Below, in pieces: positions 4,145-13,474 of a stretch of 13,474 nucleotides of DNA. The stretch covers positions 1-13,474 of the forward strand of contig JAVVFY010000013.1 of the NCBI GenBank assembly GCA_032249395.1, in the 5' to 3' direction. Position 1 is the first letter of the stretch, and every line of letters starts with the position of its first letter. Under the pieces are notes generated by a model. That model ran no database searches. It was not told where the DNA came from and was given only the letters and a program-made list of their open reading frames with translations. Both the position numbers and the translations under genes were made by a program. The DNA comes from Candidatus Aenigmatarchaeota archaeon (lineage in GTDB: Archaea > Aenigmatarchaeota > Aenigmatarchaeia > CG10238-14 > SpSt-28).

Positions 4145-4768
4145 ATGATGGTTATTGGTATTGATTTGGCTGGGAGTGAGAAAAGAAATACGGGAATTTG
4201 TATGTTAAACGAATATTTGGAGGCAAAGTGTTTTGTTGTTCATAAAGATTGGGAAATTCTAAATTTCATTAAAAAGTTCGAACCTGATTTAATAGCAATA
4301 GATGCTCCTTTGAGTTTGCCTAAAGGAAGAAAAAGCTTAGATAGAAGAGAAAAAATTCATTTTAGAGAGTGCGACAAAAAACTTTTTGAGTTGGGAATAA
4401 AATTTTTTCCAATAACTTTAGGACCTATGAGAATGCTTACGAAAAGAGGAATTAAATTGAGGAAAATTTTGGAGAAAAATGGTTACAAAGTTATTGAAGT
4501 TTATCCTGGAGCAACTCAAGATATTTTAAAAATTGCTAGAAAAAGCGTTAGCTTGAAAAGATTGAGAGAAGGCTTGGAGAAGCTTGGTATTAAGATTGAG
4601 AAGAAGGAATTAACTCATGATGAACTTGATGCTATTACTGCTGCTTTTACTGGATATTTACATTTGAAAGGAATGACTTTGAGTTTAGGTAATGAGGAAG
4701 AGGGAATTATAGTTGTTCCAAAGATTATAGATGAGAATTTCGCATGTAGGATAAAAAGATTGTTATAA
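4145..4768 (+). CDS. DUF429 family protein (predicted RNase H-fold nuclease)
   Basis: IGIDLAG, IAIDAPLSLP, R.CD..L, VIEVYP and HDELDA motifs. ATG 4145 or 4148 preferred over TTG 4139. Confidence 0.88.
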   Translation: MMVIGIDLAGSEKRNTGICMLNEYLEAKCFVVHKDWEILNFIKKFEPDLIAIDAPLSLPKGRKSLDRREKIHFRECDKKLFELGIKFFPITLGPMRMLTKRGIKLRKILEKNGYKVIEVYPGATQDILKIARKSVSLKRLREGLEKLGIKIEKKELTHDELDAITAAFTGYLHLKGMTLSLGNEEEGIIVVPKIIDENFACRIKRLL

Positions 4769-4794
4769 TTTTGTTATCTTTCACAGCTGTGAAA
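4751..4794. repeat. Short copy of the 11-bp unit + TTTCACA-NN-TGTGAAA palindrome element
   Basis: ataaaaagattgttataa (4751-4768) is identical to 12230-12247; followed by perfect palindrome tttcacagctgtgaaa (4779-4794). Confidence 0.75.
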
Positions 4795-5049
4795 TTTAAT
4801 AAGTAGGTAAGAGGTTTCAGTTCAGTTGTGGGAAAATCAAAATCTAAAAAAATTCATCTTGAGTTTTGATTACAAAGATAAGTCCGCCCAGAAAGAAAAA
4901 TAATAAATATAGAGCTAAGAAGAATAAACGCGAAAATGACTCAATTCTCAATTTGTGATAGCGAAAAAATTAGAAGATTTAATTAGGATTCGTGTAATTA
5001 TAAAAAGTTTAGGTGGTAAATCAAAAATTTTTGAAGAAAATTTTTTAAT

Positions 5050-6315
5050 CTAAAATGGTCTTGTTATCAAGACTTTTTTAACTAATATAGAAGGTGTTTT
5101 AACTGGTAAAAAGCTCTCCCACCACTTTACTTCATCTTGCCTTTTTTCTATTGCTTCAATATTTTTGAAAAAGTCTAAGAAATTAGAATTTATTCTTAAG
5201 TTTTTAGCAAAACCTTCTATTCTACCACTTTTAACATAAAATGTTGCATCTCTCGGTAGGCTAGAAAACGTTCCTTCAACAAAGCTAGTGTATCTTGTAT
5301 ACCAAGTATTTGTTACAATAAAGCCCTCTTTCAATTCTTTAATCATTTCATCGAAGCTATAATCTCCTTTTTTAATTTCAATCTTCCAGGGCATCGGGTA
5401 AACAATTCCTGCATTCCCAGTTGGTTTTTGGTTTAATTTTCTGCTCGTTGATGTGTTATGCGAATAAGATTTCAAAACACCATTTTCTATTAATACATTT
5501 CTTTGCGTTGGTCTACCTTCTTCATCAAATTTTCTAAAAGTTCCATCATCAATTAAGGTAAGATCTTTACTTCCTATTTGTTTTCCAATTTTATCTATCA
5601 AGAAAGAGTTTCCTGCTAACACTTCAAATGCAGAAAATCCAATGCTTGCATAAGATAGAATACCAGATAAAGCTAGAGGCATGAATATAACCGGATATTT
5701 TCCTTCTCTAATTTTAACTTGATTTTCCGTTAAGTTTGAAAATTCTTTTGCTTTTTCTGCGACTCTTTCAATTTGAATGTCTTTTCCAAAAGAAGAATAC
5801 TGAGCTAGATGAAAGCTTGTTTTGCCGAAAGTTCTTATCGAAAAATTGAAATAAGTGTTTGTATCTTTTTGACTTATTCCCTTTGAAGTTAAAATTTCTC
5901 TCTCAACTTTCCCTTCCCAAAAAACTCCAGCGCTTCTTTGCTTTAAATCATCTAAGGTTTTAGTTATTCTTTCATTCCAGTCGTATGAAAAAACTTTTTT
6001 ATCGTAAGTTTCTTTTCTATACTTAAACTTCCCTTCAGCTATTCCTTCATAACTGACATTTTCTTCAGCTTCATCAACTTTCTTCAAACATTCTTTTGCA
6101 AATCTTTTTGCATCATTTAAAGAAGAAATCGTTGTTGATGAAAGTAAAGTTTTTTTGCCTTTAGCTAAAAACAGAGTTAAGCTATCAAAATTCCAAATCT
6201 GAGTTACAACAATCTTGCTATTTGCAATTTTTATTTGCTTTGCTTTTTCTCTCTCAACTTTAATTATCCAATCGTCAACTTTTCCTTTGATAATTTTCTC
6301 GATTTCTTCTATCAT
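5050..6315 (-). CDS. pmbA: TldE/PmbA family protein
   Basis: FDEEGRPTQRNVLIENGVL and TGNAG motifs, no HExxH; directly downstream of tldD. Confidence 0.88.
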   Translation of the reverse strand: MIEEIEKIIKGKVDDWIIKVEREKAKQIKIANSKIVVTQIWNFDSLTLFLAKGKKTLLSSTTISSLNDAKRFAKECLKKVDEAEENVSYEGIAEGKFKYRKETYDKKVFSYDWNERITKTLDDLKQRSAGVFWEGKVEREILTSKGISQKDTNTYFNFSIRTFGKTSFHLAQYSSFGKDIQIERVAEKAKEFSNLTENQVKIREGKYPVIFMPLALSGILSYASIGFSAFEVLAGNSFLIDKIGKQIGSKDLTLIDDGTFRKFDEEGRPTQRNVLIENGVLKSYSHNTSTSRKLNQKPTGNAGIVYPMPWKIEIKKGDYSFDEMIKELKEGFIVTNTWYTRYTSFVEGTFSSLPRDATFYVKSGRIEGFAKNLRINSNFLDFFKNIEAIEKRQDEVKWWESFLPVKTPSILVKKVLITRPF

Positions 6316-7689
6316 TCACTTCACCATTAAACTTCTAATTCTAATGTGAGGACCGCCCATCCAAACTGGAACACCTTGCATAGGCTCTCCTTTACCACAA
6401 GTACCTGCCACGAATTGCAAATCTTTAGAACAAGCATCAACCTTTGAATAAAGTTCTTCTGTTGTCGTTTCTATAACAGGCCTTCTCACAAAATCTTTTA
6501 TTTCTCCATTTTCAATTTCATAGGCTTCAAAACCAACATACTTTTCATTCCACCTCACGTCATCAATATTCCATTCTGTAAAAGACTTAACGAAAATTCC
6601 TTTTTTGACATCTTCAACCATTTCATCCAAGCTATAATCTCCTGGCAACATAAAAGTATTTGACATCCTTATTATTGGTTCTCTTGCAAAATTCATCGCT
6701 CTTGCTGAACCATTACTTTTTGTTTTTAGAACTAAAGCAGTTTCTCTATTTAACAAGAACTCATTTATTATTCCATTTTTTATCAAAAACTTTCTTCTTG
6801 CTTTTACTCCTTCATCATCAAAAAGATAAAATCCATAACTTGTTTTTACCGTTGGATCATCAACAATTGTTACTTTTTCACTTCCAATTTTTTTGCCAAT
6901 AGAATCTATTTTTGCATAAGATTCTCCAGCTTGAGCAGCCTCTCTTCCAAGAATTCTATCAGCTTCTAAAGGATGGCCACAAGATTCATGAACGACAATT
7001 CCTACTAATTCTGGAGCTAAAATAACGTCATATTTTCCTTTTTTGTTTTTCTTCGCATTAATAATCTTTATCATTTTTTTTGCTTCACTTTCTACACTTT
7101 CTTCAGACTTTAGCTTAAGAAAATCTTTCCAGCCACCAGAGCTTCCAAAGAAAAAGTTTCTTTGTTCTATTTTATTCCCCTCTTTTGCTATTAAGTTGTA
7201 TTCCAAGTGAAACCTTTGAATTTCCGAATAAATTTTGCTGCCATCGCTATTAGTAAAATATTTTTTTGTTATACTACTAGTTAAAATGAATATCCTCGAT
7301 TTTATCCAAGGCAAATCTACTCTTTTATCCAAATCCAGCAAAAACTCTTTTATCTTTTCTTCACTCGGTAAATCACCCAAAACTTTGTAGTTGCTTTTGT
7401 ATGCCTTTTCATCAGCTAAAGAAATAGTAGATGATATTCTTGCTTCTTTTAAAGCTTCCTTCAAACTCTCTTTAATTTTTTTCTTTGATAAATCTGTTAA
7501 ATAAACAAAAGCAGCTCCATTTTCTATAACTCTTATACCAATTCCTTTTGAGTTTTCTTCAATCGAAGATTCAAATTTTCCGTTTTTCAAAATGTAAACT
7601 CTTTTTATTTCTTCCTCAACCCTAGCTTCTGAATACTCCGCTTTACTAATTTTTACTGCGTAATCGGCTAAATCTTTTTCAAAGTTCAT
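6316..7689 (-). CDS. tldD: TldD metalloprotease
   Basis: HESCGHPLEADR zinc motif, DDEGV, RMSNT and CGKG motifs. Confidence 0.93.
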   Translation of the reverse strand: MNFEKDLADYAVKISKAEYSEARVEEEIKRVYILKNGKFESSIEENSKGIGIRVIENGAAFVYLTDLSKKKIKESLKEALKEARISSTISLADEKAYKSNYKVLGDLPSEEKIKEFLLDLDKRVDLPWIKSRIFILTSSITKKYFTNSDGSKIYSEIQRFHLEYNLIAKEGNKIEQRNFFFGSSGGWKDFLKLKSEESVESEAKKMIKIINAKKNKKGKYDVILAPELVGIVVHESCGHPLEADRILGREAAQAGESYAKIDSIGKKIGSEKVTIVDDPTVKTSYGFYLFDDEGVKARRKFLIKNGIINEFLLNRETALVLKTKSNGSARAMNFAREPIIRMSNTFMLPGDYSLDEMVEDVKKGIFVKSFTEWNIDDVRWNEKYVGFEAYEIENGEIKDFVRRPVIETTTEELYSKVDACSKDLQFVAGTCGKGEPMQGVPVWMGGPHIRIRSLMVK

Positions 7690-7724
7690 TTAGATTTTTA
7701 TAGTTTCTGAAATTAAAATTATTA

Positions 7725-8432
7725 ATGAACCTTGTTATACCAAATCATTTGGGAATTATAATTGACGGCAATAGAAGATGGGCTAAGGCAAGAGGGCTGC
7801 CACCTTGGGAAGGTCATAGAGCAGGAGCAGAAAAATTAAACGAATTTTTGAATTGGTGCTTAGAAATGGGAATACCTCAAGTCTCAATTTACACTCTATC
7901 TACAGAAAATCTAAATAGATCAAAAGAAGAGCTAAAACATCTCTTCAAACTTCTTGAAGAATATGTTGATGGTTTATTGAATGATAAGAAAAAGTTTGCT
8001 TTGCTCGAAAAGTATGAAGTTAGAGTTAGGTTTGTTGGAGAGTTGAATAGGCTGCCAAAGAAGTTGATAAGACTTATGGGAAAGCTGATGGAAAAAACAG
8101 CCAAATACCAAAAAAGAGTTTTGAACTTTTTGGTTGCTTATGGCGGAAAATCTGAAATTGTTAACGCGGTTAAAAAGCTAGCCGAAGAAGTTATTAAACA
8201 TGGAAAGATTGAAATAACAGAAAAAGATATAGAAAAGCATTTATATGTTCCCCAACCTTTAGATTTGGTTATTAGAACAGGTGGATATCAGAGGCTTTCT
8301 AACTTTTTGCTTTGGCAAGCTAGCTATGCAGAAATTTACGTTACTAAAACTCTTTGGCCAGATTTTTCTAAAAAAGAATTCATGAAAGCCTTAAGGTGGT
8401 TTTCTCAACAAAAAAGAAATTTTGGTAGATAG
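7725..8432 (+). CDS. uppS: Polyprenyl (cis-prenyl) diphosphate synthase
   Basis: HLGIIIDGNRRWA, GH..G, STENLNR, YGGKSEI and DLVIRTGGYQRLSNFLLWQASYAE motifs. Confidence 0.96.
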   Translation: MNLVIPNHLGIIIDGNRRWAKARGLPPWEGHRAGAEKLNEFLNWCLEMGIPQVSIYTLSTENLNRSKEELKHLFKLLEEYVDGLLNDKKKFALLEKYEVRVRFVGELNRLPKKLIRLMGKLMEKTAKYQKRVLNFLVAYGGKSEIVNAVKKLAEEVIKHGKIEITEKDIEKHLYVPQPLDLVIRTGGYQRLSNFLLWQASYAEIYVTKTLWPDFSKKEFMKALRWFSQQKRNFGR

Positions 8433-8433
8433 A

Positions 8434-9486
8434 ATGTATGACGTTGTAATAATAGGAGCTAGCGTTGCCGGCAATAGTGTTGCTGGAATAGTTGCTAAAA
8501 AGGGTTATAGAGTTTTGTTGATAGAAGAACACAAAAAAATTGGATTTCCTTCTAAGTGTACAGGCTTAGTTAGCTATAGAATAAAAGAACTTTTGCCAGA
8601 ATTGGATGAAAGAATTATTCAAAATGAAGTTAATCGAGCTGAGTTTGTTTTTAAGGATAAGAAGTTTGAGCTAAAATCTAAAAATCCAATGTATGTTTTA
8701 GATAGAGTAAAATTAGATAAGTTTTTATTTGATAGAGCAATAGCTTTTGGAACTGAAGCAAAACTTGGAGAGAAATTTATTAGAGTGGAAAAATTCACAA
8801 GCAGCTACAAGATTTTTACAAGCAATGGAGAATACAATGCAAAAATTTTGGTTGGAGCTGATGGAGCCTTTTCTCAGGTTGCTAAAATTTTTAACCTTTA
8901 TGAAGAGAAAGAATTTTTCATCGGAGTTCAAGCAACAGTAGATAGTAAATTTGAGAAGGATAAAGTTGAGCTTTGGTTTGGCGATTTTGCTAAAGAGTTT
9001 TTTGGTTGGGTAGTTCCAATAAATGAAAGATATGCTAAGATTGGTTTGGCAACAAAAGGAGATGTTTACTCAAATTTCAAAAAGTTTTTGAGGAAGAGGG
9101 TTAGAAAATTTGTTCAACCAGATACAGGAGGAATAATAAAGTTTGGTTTGATTAAGAGCTCAGTTGCTGAAAGAGTTTTGCTTGTTGGAGATGCAGCAAT
9201 GCAAGTTAAGCCTTTTAGCGGGGGAGGAATAATTTATTCTCTAATTGCATCTCAACTGGCGGCTTTAGCTATATTAAAAGCCTTGGCAAAAAATGATTTT
9301 AGCAAAGAGTTTTTCGAAGAGAATTATGAAAAGGAATGGAAGAAAAAGCTAGCTTGGCCAATAAGAAAAGGTTTATTTATAAGAAAATTGTTTTATGGTT
9401 TAGGAGAATTTTCAATTGGCTTTTGGTTTTCGATTTTGCCATACTTTAAATTTTTGCTTGAAAGATTGGATGTAGATTTCTATTGA
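8434..9486 (+). CDS. Geranylgeranyl reductase family FAD-dependent oxidoreductase
   Basis: YDVVIIGASVAG, KCTG, DR..LD, VGADG, FGWVVP and GDAA.QVKPFSGGGI motifs. ATG 8434 directly follows the uppS stop. Confidence 0.9.
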   Translation: MYDVVIIGASVAGNSVAGIVAKKGYRVLLIEEHKKIGFPSKCTGLVSYRIKELLPELDERIIQNEVNRAEFVFKDKKFELKSKNPMYVLDRVKLDKFLFDRAIAFGTEAKLGEKFIRVEKFTSSYKIFTSNGEYNAKILVGADGAFSQVAKIFNLYEEKEFFIGVQATVDSKFEKDKVELWFGDFAKEFFGWVVPINERYAKIGLATKGDVYSNFKKFLRKRVRKFVQPDTGGIIKFGLIKSSVAERVLLVGDAAMQVKPFSGGGIIYSLIASQLAALAILKALAKNDFSKEFFEENYEKEWKKKLAWPIRKGLFIRKLFYGLGEFSIGFWFSILPYFKFLLERLDVDFY

Positions 9487-10505
9487 ATTCTCTCCAAAAC
9501 GAAGATGTGAGGAAATATTCCACCACTCTCGACAACTCTTTCATGAACTATCTTGAAAGTTTTTAGTCTCAGTATAATGTTTCTAAACATGTCAGCCCTT
9601 AAATTAATGATAACAGCTCTACCTTCTTTTGATAGGACCTTCGAAACGGATTCTAAGAACTTCCAGTAAAAGCCTCTCAAATCTTTTCTTTTAGCGATTT
9701 TCACTCCGTATGGCGGATTAGTCACAATTTTATCAATGCTTGTGAAATATTCTTCTAGTTTAGTAGCGTCCATTGGCTTGAATTCGATAAATTCCTCTAA
9801 ACCATTTGCTTTAGCATTTTCTCTTGCCTTTTCAACATATTCTTCGTTGATATCTCCAGCAAATATTTTTATTCTGTTTTTATACAAGCTAGCTGCCTCC
9901 AAAGCTATAGTTCCGCTTCCACACATTGGATCTAAAAAAGTCTCGCCATCTTTTATGCTTGCCAATCTTATCATTCCATAAGCTAAAGTCGCTTTTATTG
10001 CTGCCGCATGATGAAAAACTTTTTTGAATCTCTTGTAAAGAGAATCTTTTGTTAGTTGAATTCCCACGTAACCAAAATTTCCAATCAAATCAAACCTAAT
10101 GTTTAAATCAAAATTTTTCAAGCTAACCTTTTTCTTATATTTTTCAAGAAAAACTTCTCCACCAATTTTCTGCATGTCAATAGAGGTAAACTCATGGTTT
10201 CCGTATCTTTGGCTTGTTACTCTAAAAGTTTCAACATTTTCCATTTCTTCAATATCAACTTTCTCTAGAACTTTTCTTATTTCATCCATTGTTGGCTTTT
10301 CCAAGTAAAACTCTTTTTTTAGTTTTATAATGTGATGAATTGAATGCAAACAGAACAGTTTTTCATAGTTACCATCTATTTCAACCAGAAGTTTACCTTG
10401 AAAGTTGAAGAATTGGGAAACTTTAGCGTTTGAAAAATTTTCTTTTATTTCCATTTCTGCTATATCTTCTAAGCCGGGATCACAAGTTATCAAAAACTTT
10501 ATCAT
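9480..10505 (-). CDS. trm14: THUMP-domain RNA methyltransferase, tRNA m2G6 Trm14/TrmN-like
   Basis: N-terminal TCDPGLED, THUMP segment (TFRVTSQRYGNHEFTS), LDPMCGSGTIALEAA and NPPYG. Confidence 0.8.
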   Translation of the reverse strand: MIKFLITCDPGLEDIAEMEIKENFSNAKVSQFFNFQGKLLVEIDGNYEKLFCLHSIHHIIKLKKEFYLEKPTMDEIRKVLEKVDIEEMENVETFRVTSQRYGNHEFTSIDMQKIGGEVFLEKYKKKVSLKNFDLNIRFDLIGNFGYVGIQLTKDSLYKRFKKVFHHAAAIKATLAYGMIRLASIKDGETFLDPMCGSGTIALEAASLYKNRIKIFAGDINEEYVEKARENAKANGLEEFIEFKPMDATKLEEYFTSIDKIVTNPPYGVKIAKRKDLRGFYWKFLESVSKVLSKEGRAVIINLRADMFRNIILRLKTFKIVHERVVESGGIFPHIFVLERIQ

Positions 10506-10691
10506 TAATCAAAATTGAGTTTGAAATTAAAAGAAGTTAAGATATTTAGGTTTTTCAGTTGAAGTTAAGCTGAAATATTTCCCTCTTTTTTAACATTTCC
10601 CTCTTTTTCTAATTCCTTTAAAATTTTTCTAACTGTACTTTCTGGTTATAAGCTTAGCATAAAATTTTAAAGAGTTAAATTCGAATATTGT

Positions 10692-11471
10692 ATGGGAATT
10701 AAAATATTGAATTACTTTCTAAATCCTTATGAAGAGGGCTATACAATAGAAAAAACGCTTGTTTTTGCTTTATTGTTTGTAGTATTAGCATTTGTTATAT
10801 ACAAGGTACTGAAAAAGCTAAAAATTAAAGTAGATAGAAGATCAATAATAGCAACTTTGCCTTTTATTTTCTTTGGAAGCTCTCTTAGGGTTATTGTTGA
10901 TAACGGAATTATAAAAAACCAAACATTAAAAATATTGCTGACAACTCCAAACATTTATATAATAATTTCAATGTTAATACTTTCTTTGCTGTATTTCTCG
11001 ATTTTTCTACAAAAAAGGAAGATAGCAAAATACCATAAAATAATGTTTTCAATAGGTTCAAGTTTATTTATTGTATCTTTAACATTCCTTCGTTTTGTAA
11101 ATTTTTATGGTGCTTTGCTAATTTTTATATTCATCTTTCCATGGCTTTTATTTTGCTTATTTTTCAAGAAATGGAGCTTCGAAAATAGGTTTGCTCTTTT
11201 TTTCCAAATGCTAGATGCAAATGCAACTTTTGTTTCTTTAAACTTTTTTCCTTTATACAAAGAACAGCACGTTATTCCAAATTTTCTAATTAGTCTTTTT
11301 GGTCCACATTCTTTCGTAATGGTAAAGTTTATAGCAGTTGTTTCAATTCTTTTTTTAATCGACAAGTTTTCTAAAGATAGAGAATTGAACAGCTACGTGA
11401 AGATAATTATAGGATTTTTAGGGGCAGCAACAGGAGTTAGAGATTCTTTAAGGCTAATTGCACTTGTTTAA
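10692..11471 (+). CDS. DUF63 family archaeal membrane protein
   Basis: Multiple TM helices with GYT...TL, PFI.FG..LRV..D, LDA.AT, YKEQHV and G.RD.LR motifs. Confidence 0.8.
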   Translation: MGIKILNYFLNPYEEGYTIEKTLVFALLFVVLAFVIYKVLKKLKIKVDRRSIIATLPFIFFGSSLRVIVDNGIIKNQTLKILLTTPNIYIIISMLILSLLYFSIFLQKRKIAKYHKIMFSIGSSLFIVSLTFLRFVNFYGALLIFIFIFPWLLFCLFFKKWSFENRFALFFQMLDANATFVSLNFFPLYKEQHVIPNFLISLFGPHSFVMVKFIAVVSILFLIDKFSKDRELNSYVKIIIGFLGAATGVRDSLRLIALV

Positions 11472-11524
11472 GTAGAAAAGTATAGGGTTGAAAATTTTTA
11501 AAATTTGTTAAAAAGTTTATAATT

Positions 11525-11854
11525 ATGGAAAAAAATATTAAAAAACTAAGTATTCTTCCTTTGCTATTTTTCATACCAATCATATTTTTAGCTGGTTGTG
11601 TCAGCCCTCTTGGCTATAATCCTCCTAAGTATGCGTGCGACTGCAAAATTGTTTGTAAGACTTTCAGTGGAGAAACAGTAGAATACTCTTACCCAGCTGG
11701 AAATAACACTATAGAAGATACTAGGGCTGATTGCTTGAGATATGCTACTACATACTGTCCTAAGGAAAACATCGTTAGTTATACATGCAATCCTGTGACA
11801 TGGAGCGAATGGAATAAGATTAAAGAGGGGGAAAGGCAAAGCTCAGGAAGATGA
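11525..11854 (+). CDS. Small Cys-rich secreted lipoprotein, unknown function
   Basis: Basic N-terminus, hydrophobic helix, lipobox FLAG-C, six further Cys. Confidence 0.7.
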   Translation: MEKNIKKLSILPLLFFIPIIFLAGCVSPLGYNPPKYACDCKIVCKTFSGETVEYSYPAGNNTIEDTRADCLRYATTYCPKENIVSYTCNPVTWSEWNKIKEGERQSSGR

Positions 11855-11932
11855 CCATAGATTTTTTACAGAAAATTTCATTTTATTTTTTGAATGATAA
11901 ATTTTTTCTATGGAAATCTAGCCAGCAATTTT

Positions 11933-12022
11933 TTATGAACACGGAATTTTTGAAACGAGAAGATAGTAGCCTTTGTATTTTTGGTAAATTTCATCATAGA
12001 TTTCTGCAAAGGAATAACTCAT
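11933..12022 (-). pseudogene. Possible gene remnant resembling the N-terminus of a class I SAM methyltransferase
   Basis: MSYSFAEIYDEIYQKYKGYYLLVSKIPCS* resembles FA..YD.IY starts, followed by in-frame stops. Weak. Confidence 0.25.
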
Positions 12023-12094
12023 AAATATATTTCTCGCAAGAGCATAGATTTTTTACATCTTTGCTCGTTTAAGATGAGTTTTCATGAGTATATA

Positions 12095-12289
12095 AAGATT
12101 GCTATAAGATACTTCTAAGTTAGTTATAAGTTAGTTATTACATTGCTATAGCTTTGCTCTAAGATTGCTATAAGATTAACATAAGATAACTATTCTATAC
12201 TTCTAGGTTTGTTGTTTCACACGTGTGAAATAAAAAGATTGTTATAAGTTACTTCTAACTTTATTCTGAGATACTTCTAAGATAATTCG
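12095..12289. repeat. Degenerate 11-bp tandem array (about 16 units, consensus close to AAGATT/AGYTA/CT) interrupted by a 16-bp palindrome
   Basis: aagattgctat aagatacttct aagttagttat aagttagttat tacattgctat agctttgctct aagattgctat aagattaacat aagataactat tctatacttct aggtttgttgt, then tttcacacgtgtgaaa (12215-12230), then aagattgttat aagttacttct aactttattct gagatacttct aagataattcg. Confidence 0.85.
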
Positions 12290-13106
12290 AAACTACGAAA
12301 AATGTTGAAATGCCAACAACAAAACCAATGTAGTGAACCATTATGTTTGTTCCAGCAAAATTGTAAGGAAACATTTCAAAGGCAAAAGCAAACAATCCAA
12401 AGTATAAAACGAAAATATAAGCTTTCAAGAGTTTTACAACCAAAGGAAATCTCGTTCTTCTAACAAGTTTTTCTTCAGCTTTCTTATTAATGCTCTTAAA
12501 AGTTAATATCAAAAGAATCAAGCTTATTGAGAAAGTTGAGAAAATGAGCAATAAATTGTTTGGAGTGTAGATAGAAGCAAAAGAAACCAGTATTACTAGC
12601 GTAAAAGAAATGTAAGCAAATAGTGTGTTTATTCCTAAGATTTTATTGAAAAACAATATCCAAGCATATACTGCCATTCCTAAGAAAGAAGAAACTATAC
12701 CAGAAAAGCCAAAGCTTCTTTGAGCGAATTGTTGAGGCAATATGTTTATGTTGATTGGAGTCCATATTAGAGAAATTGTTATTGGCAAGATTGTAAGGTT
12801 TAGAATGAATAAAGTGTAAAACAGCTTTCTTTTGTTGAGAGCGAGTAATGGAAAGTAAAGCAAGAAAATTGAGATTAGATAATATTCGATGTTTCCTTGC
12901 AAATGTTGTAAATTGGCATGAATGAAATGGTTTGTAAGAAGTTCATAGCCAATTAGATAGCTTTTGTGTAAAATTAGCATTTCTTTTAGATTTTCTGGAA
13001 GGAAGAAGTGTAAGATTGAGAGGAGCAAAGGAATAGCTAGAATTGCTGATAGATCTAACAATATTTCCCTAGCTTTAACTCGAGATTTTTTCAAGAGTTT
13101 TGGCAT
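12261..13106 (-). CDS. Rhomboid-family intramembrane serine protease
   Basis: TNHFIHANLQHLQGN (H..N motif), GFSG (catalytic Ser), VHYIGFVVG (catalytic His), many TM helices. Confidence 0.78.
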   Translation of the reverse strand: MPKLLKKSRVKAREILLDLSAILAIPLLLSILHFFLPENLKEMLILHKSYLIGYELLTNHFIHANLQHLQGNIEYYLISIFLLYFPLLALNKRKLFYTLFILNLTILPITISLIWTPININILPQQFAQRSFGFSGIVSSFLGMAVYAWILFFNKILGINTLFAYISFTLVILVSFASIYTPNNLLLIFSTFSISLILLILTFKSINKKAEEKLVRRTRFPLVVKLLKAYIFVLYFGLFAFAFEMFPYNFAGTNIMVHYIGFVVGISTFFVVSNYLRSISE

Positions 13107-13283
13107 AATTAGAGATTGGGAAGAAAATTATTAAAGAGATCCTAACTACTAAAAGAAAGTTTTGTCTTGATTTGGTAAATTACAAACTCGTATATCTGGC
13201 TACTATTGAAATGAAGCCTAAATGAGATGAAATAAGTTTTTGTTTATATACTGATTAATCCAAAATATTAAAAGGTGATTCCA

Positions 13284-13474
13284 ATGAACGGTAATATCTC
13301 GAAAATTATTGTTTTGATTGGTAGTTGGTTTTTTGTAATGTTCTTTTTTGTTTGGTTCTTTGGTAGTATTGCAAATGTGACATCTGATGTATTTCTAAAA
13401 AACATTTTTGAGTCGTTCCATAAAGGCGCCCTATATTCACTCATTTTGGTTATTATTGTTTTAATAGGTTTAGT
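13284..13474 (+). CDS. Hypothetical membrane protein, partial (runs off window)
   Basis: SD AGGTGA at 13273-13278, ATG 13284, open to the end: MNGNISKIIVLIGSWFFVMFFFVWFFG...LILVIIVLIGL. Confidence 0.65.
   Translation, partial: MNGNISKIIVLIGSWFFVMFFFVWFFGSIANVTSDVFLKNIFESFHKGALYSLILVIIVLIGL

Noticed and set aside
6660..11839. Short alternative-frame or antisense ORFs (6660, 7889, 8725, 8747, 9736, 10099, 10739, 11105, 11588)
   Set aside because: They are shadows of well-supported genes and have low-complexity F/L/S-rich translations.
12213..12232. Canonical bacterial parS site
   Set aside because: TGTTTCAC-ACGT-GTGAAATA resembles TGTTTCACGTGAAACA, but the half-sites are 4 bp further apart and the second copy lacks the TG flank. 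Resemblance only.
12095..12289. CRISPR array
   Set aside because: The units are 11 bp, contiguous and degenerate with no spacers, and there are no cas genes in the window.

Overview
AT-rich archaeal DNA, probably from a DPANN lineage (Aenigmarchaeota-like; this assignment is inference). The left 4 kb holds a stand-alone 16S rRNA gene on the minus strand (about 473-3951), flanked by a canonical bulge-helix-bulge (BHB) processing stem. Eight BHB introns interrupt it, after E. coli-equivalent positions ~144, 687, 722, 801, 908, 1205, 1363 and 1513; removing them leaves a normal 1467-nt 16S. Two introns encode proteins: a LAGLIDADG homing endonuclease, and an HTH + PD-(D/E)XK-like protein whose ORF crosses the 3' splice site and gains a stop codon on intron circularisation. 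Main finding: at least three ORF-less mini-introns (1513, 1363, 801) are built like box C/D guide sRNAs, with guides perfectly complementary to this same 16S rRNA (D+5 targets A1408, A1050, U788, possibly anti-SD C1536). The other three mini-introns also carry 9-13 nt antisense segments to the host rRNA. The rest of the window is a pilin/DUF2341-like gene (partial), DUF429, pmbA/tldD, uppS, a geranylgeranyl reductase, a THUMP methyltransferase, DUF63, a Cys-rich lipoprotein and a rhomboid. There is also an unexplained 11-bp-periodic array with a TTTCACA-NN-TGTGAAA palindrome that recurs 7.4 kb away. E. coli numbering and base pairings were worked out by eye.
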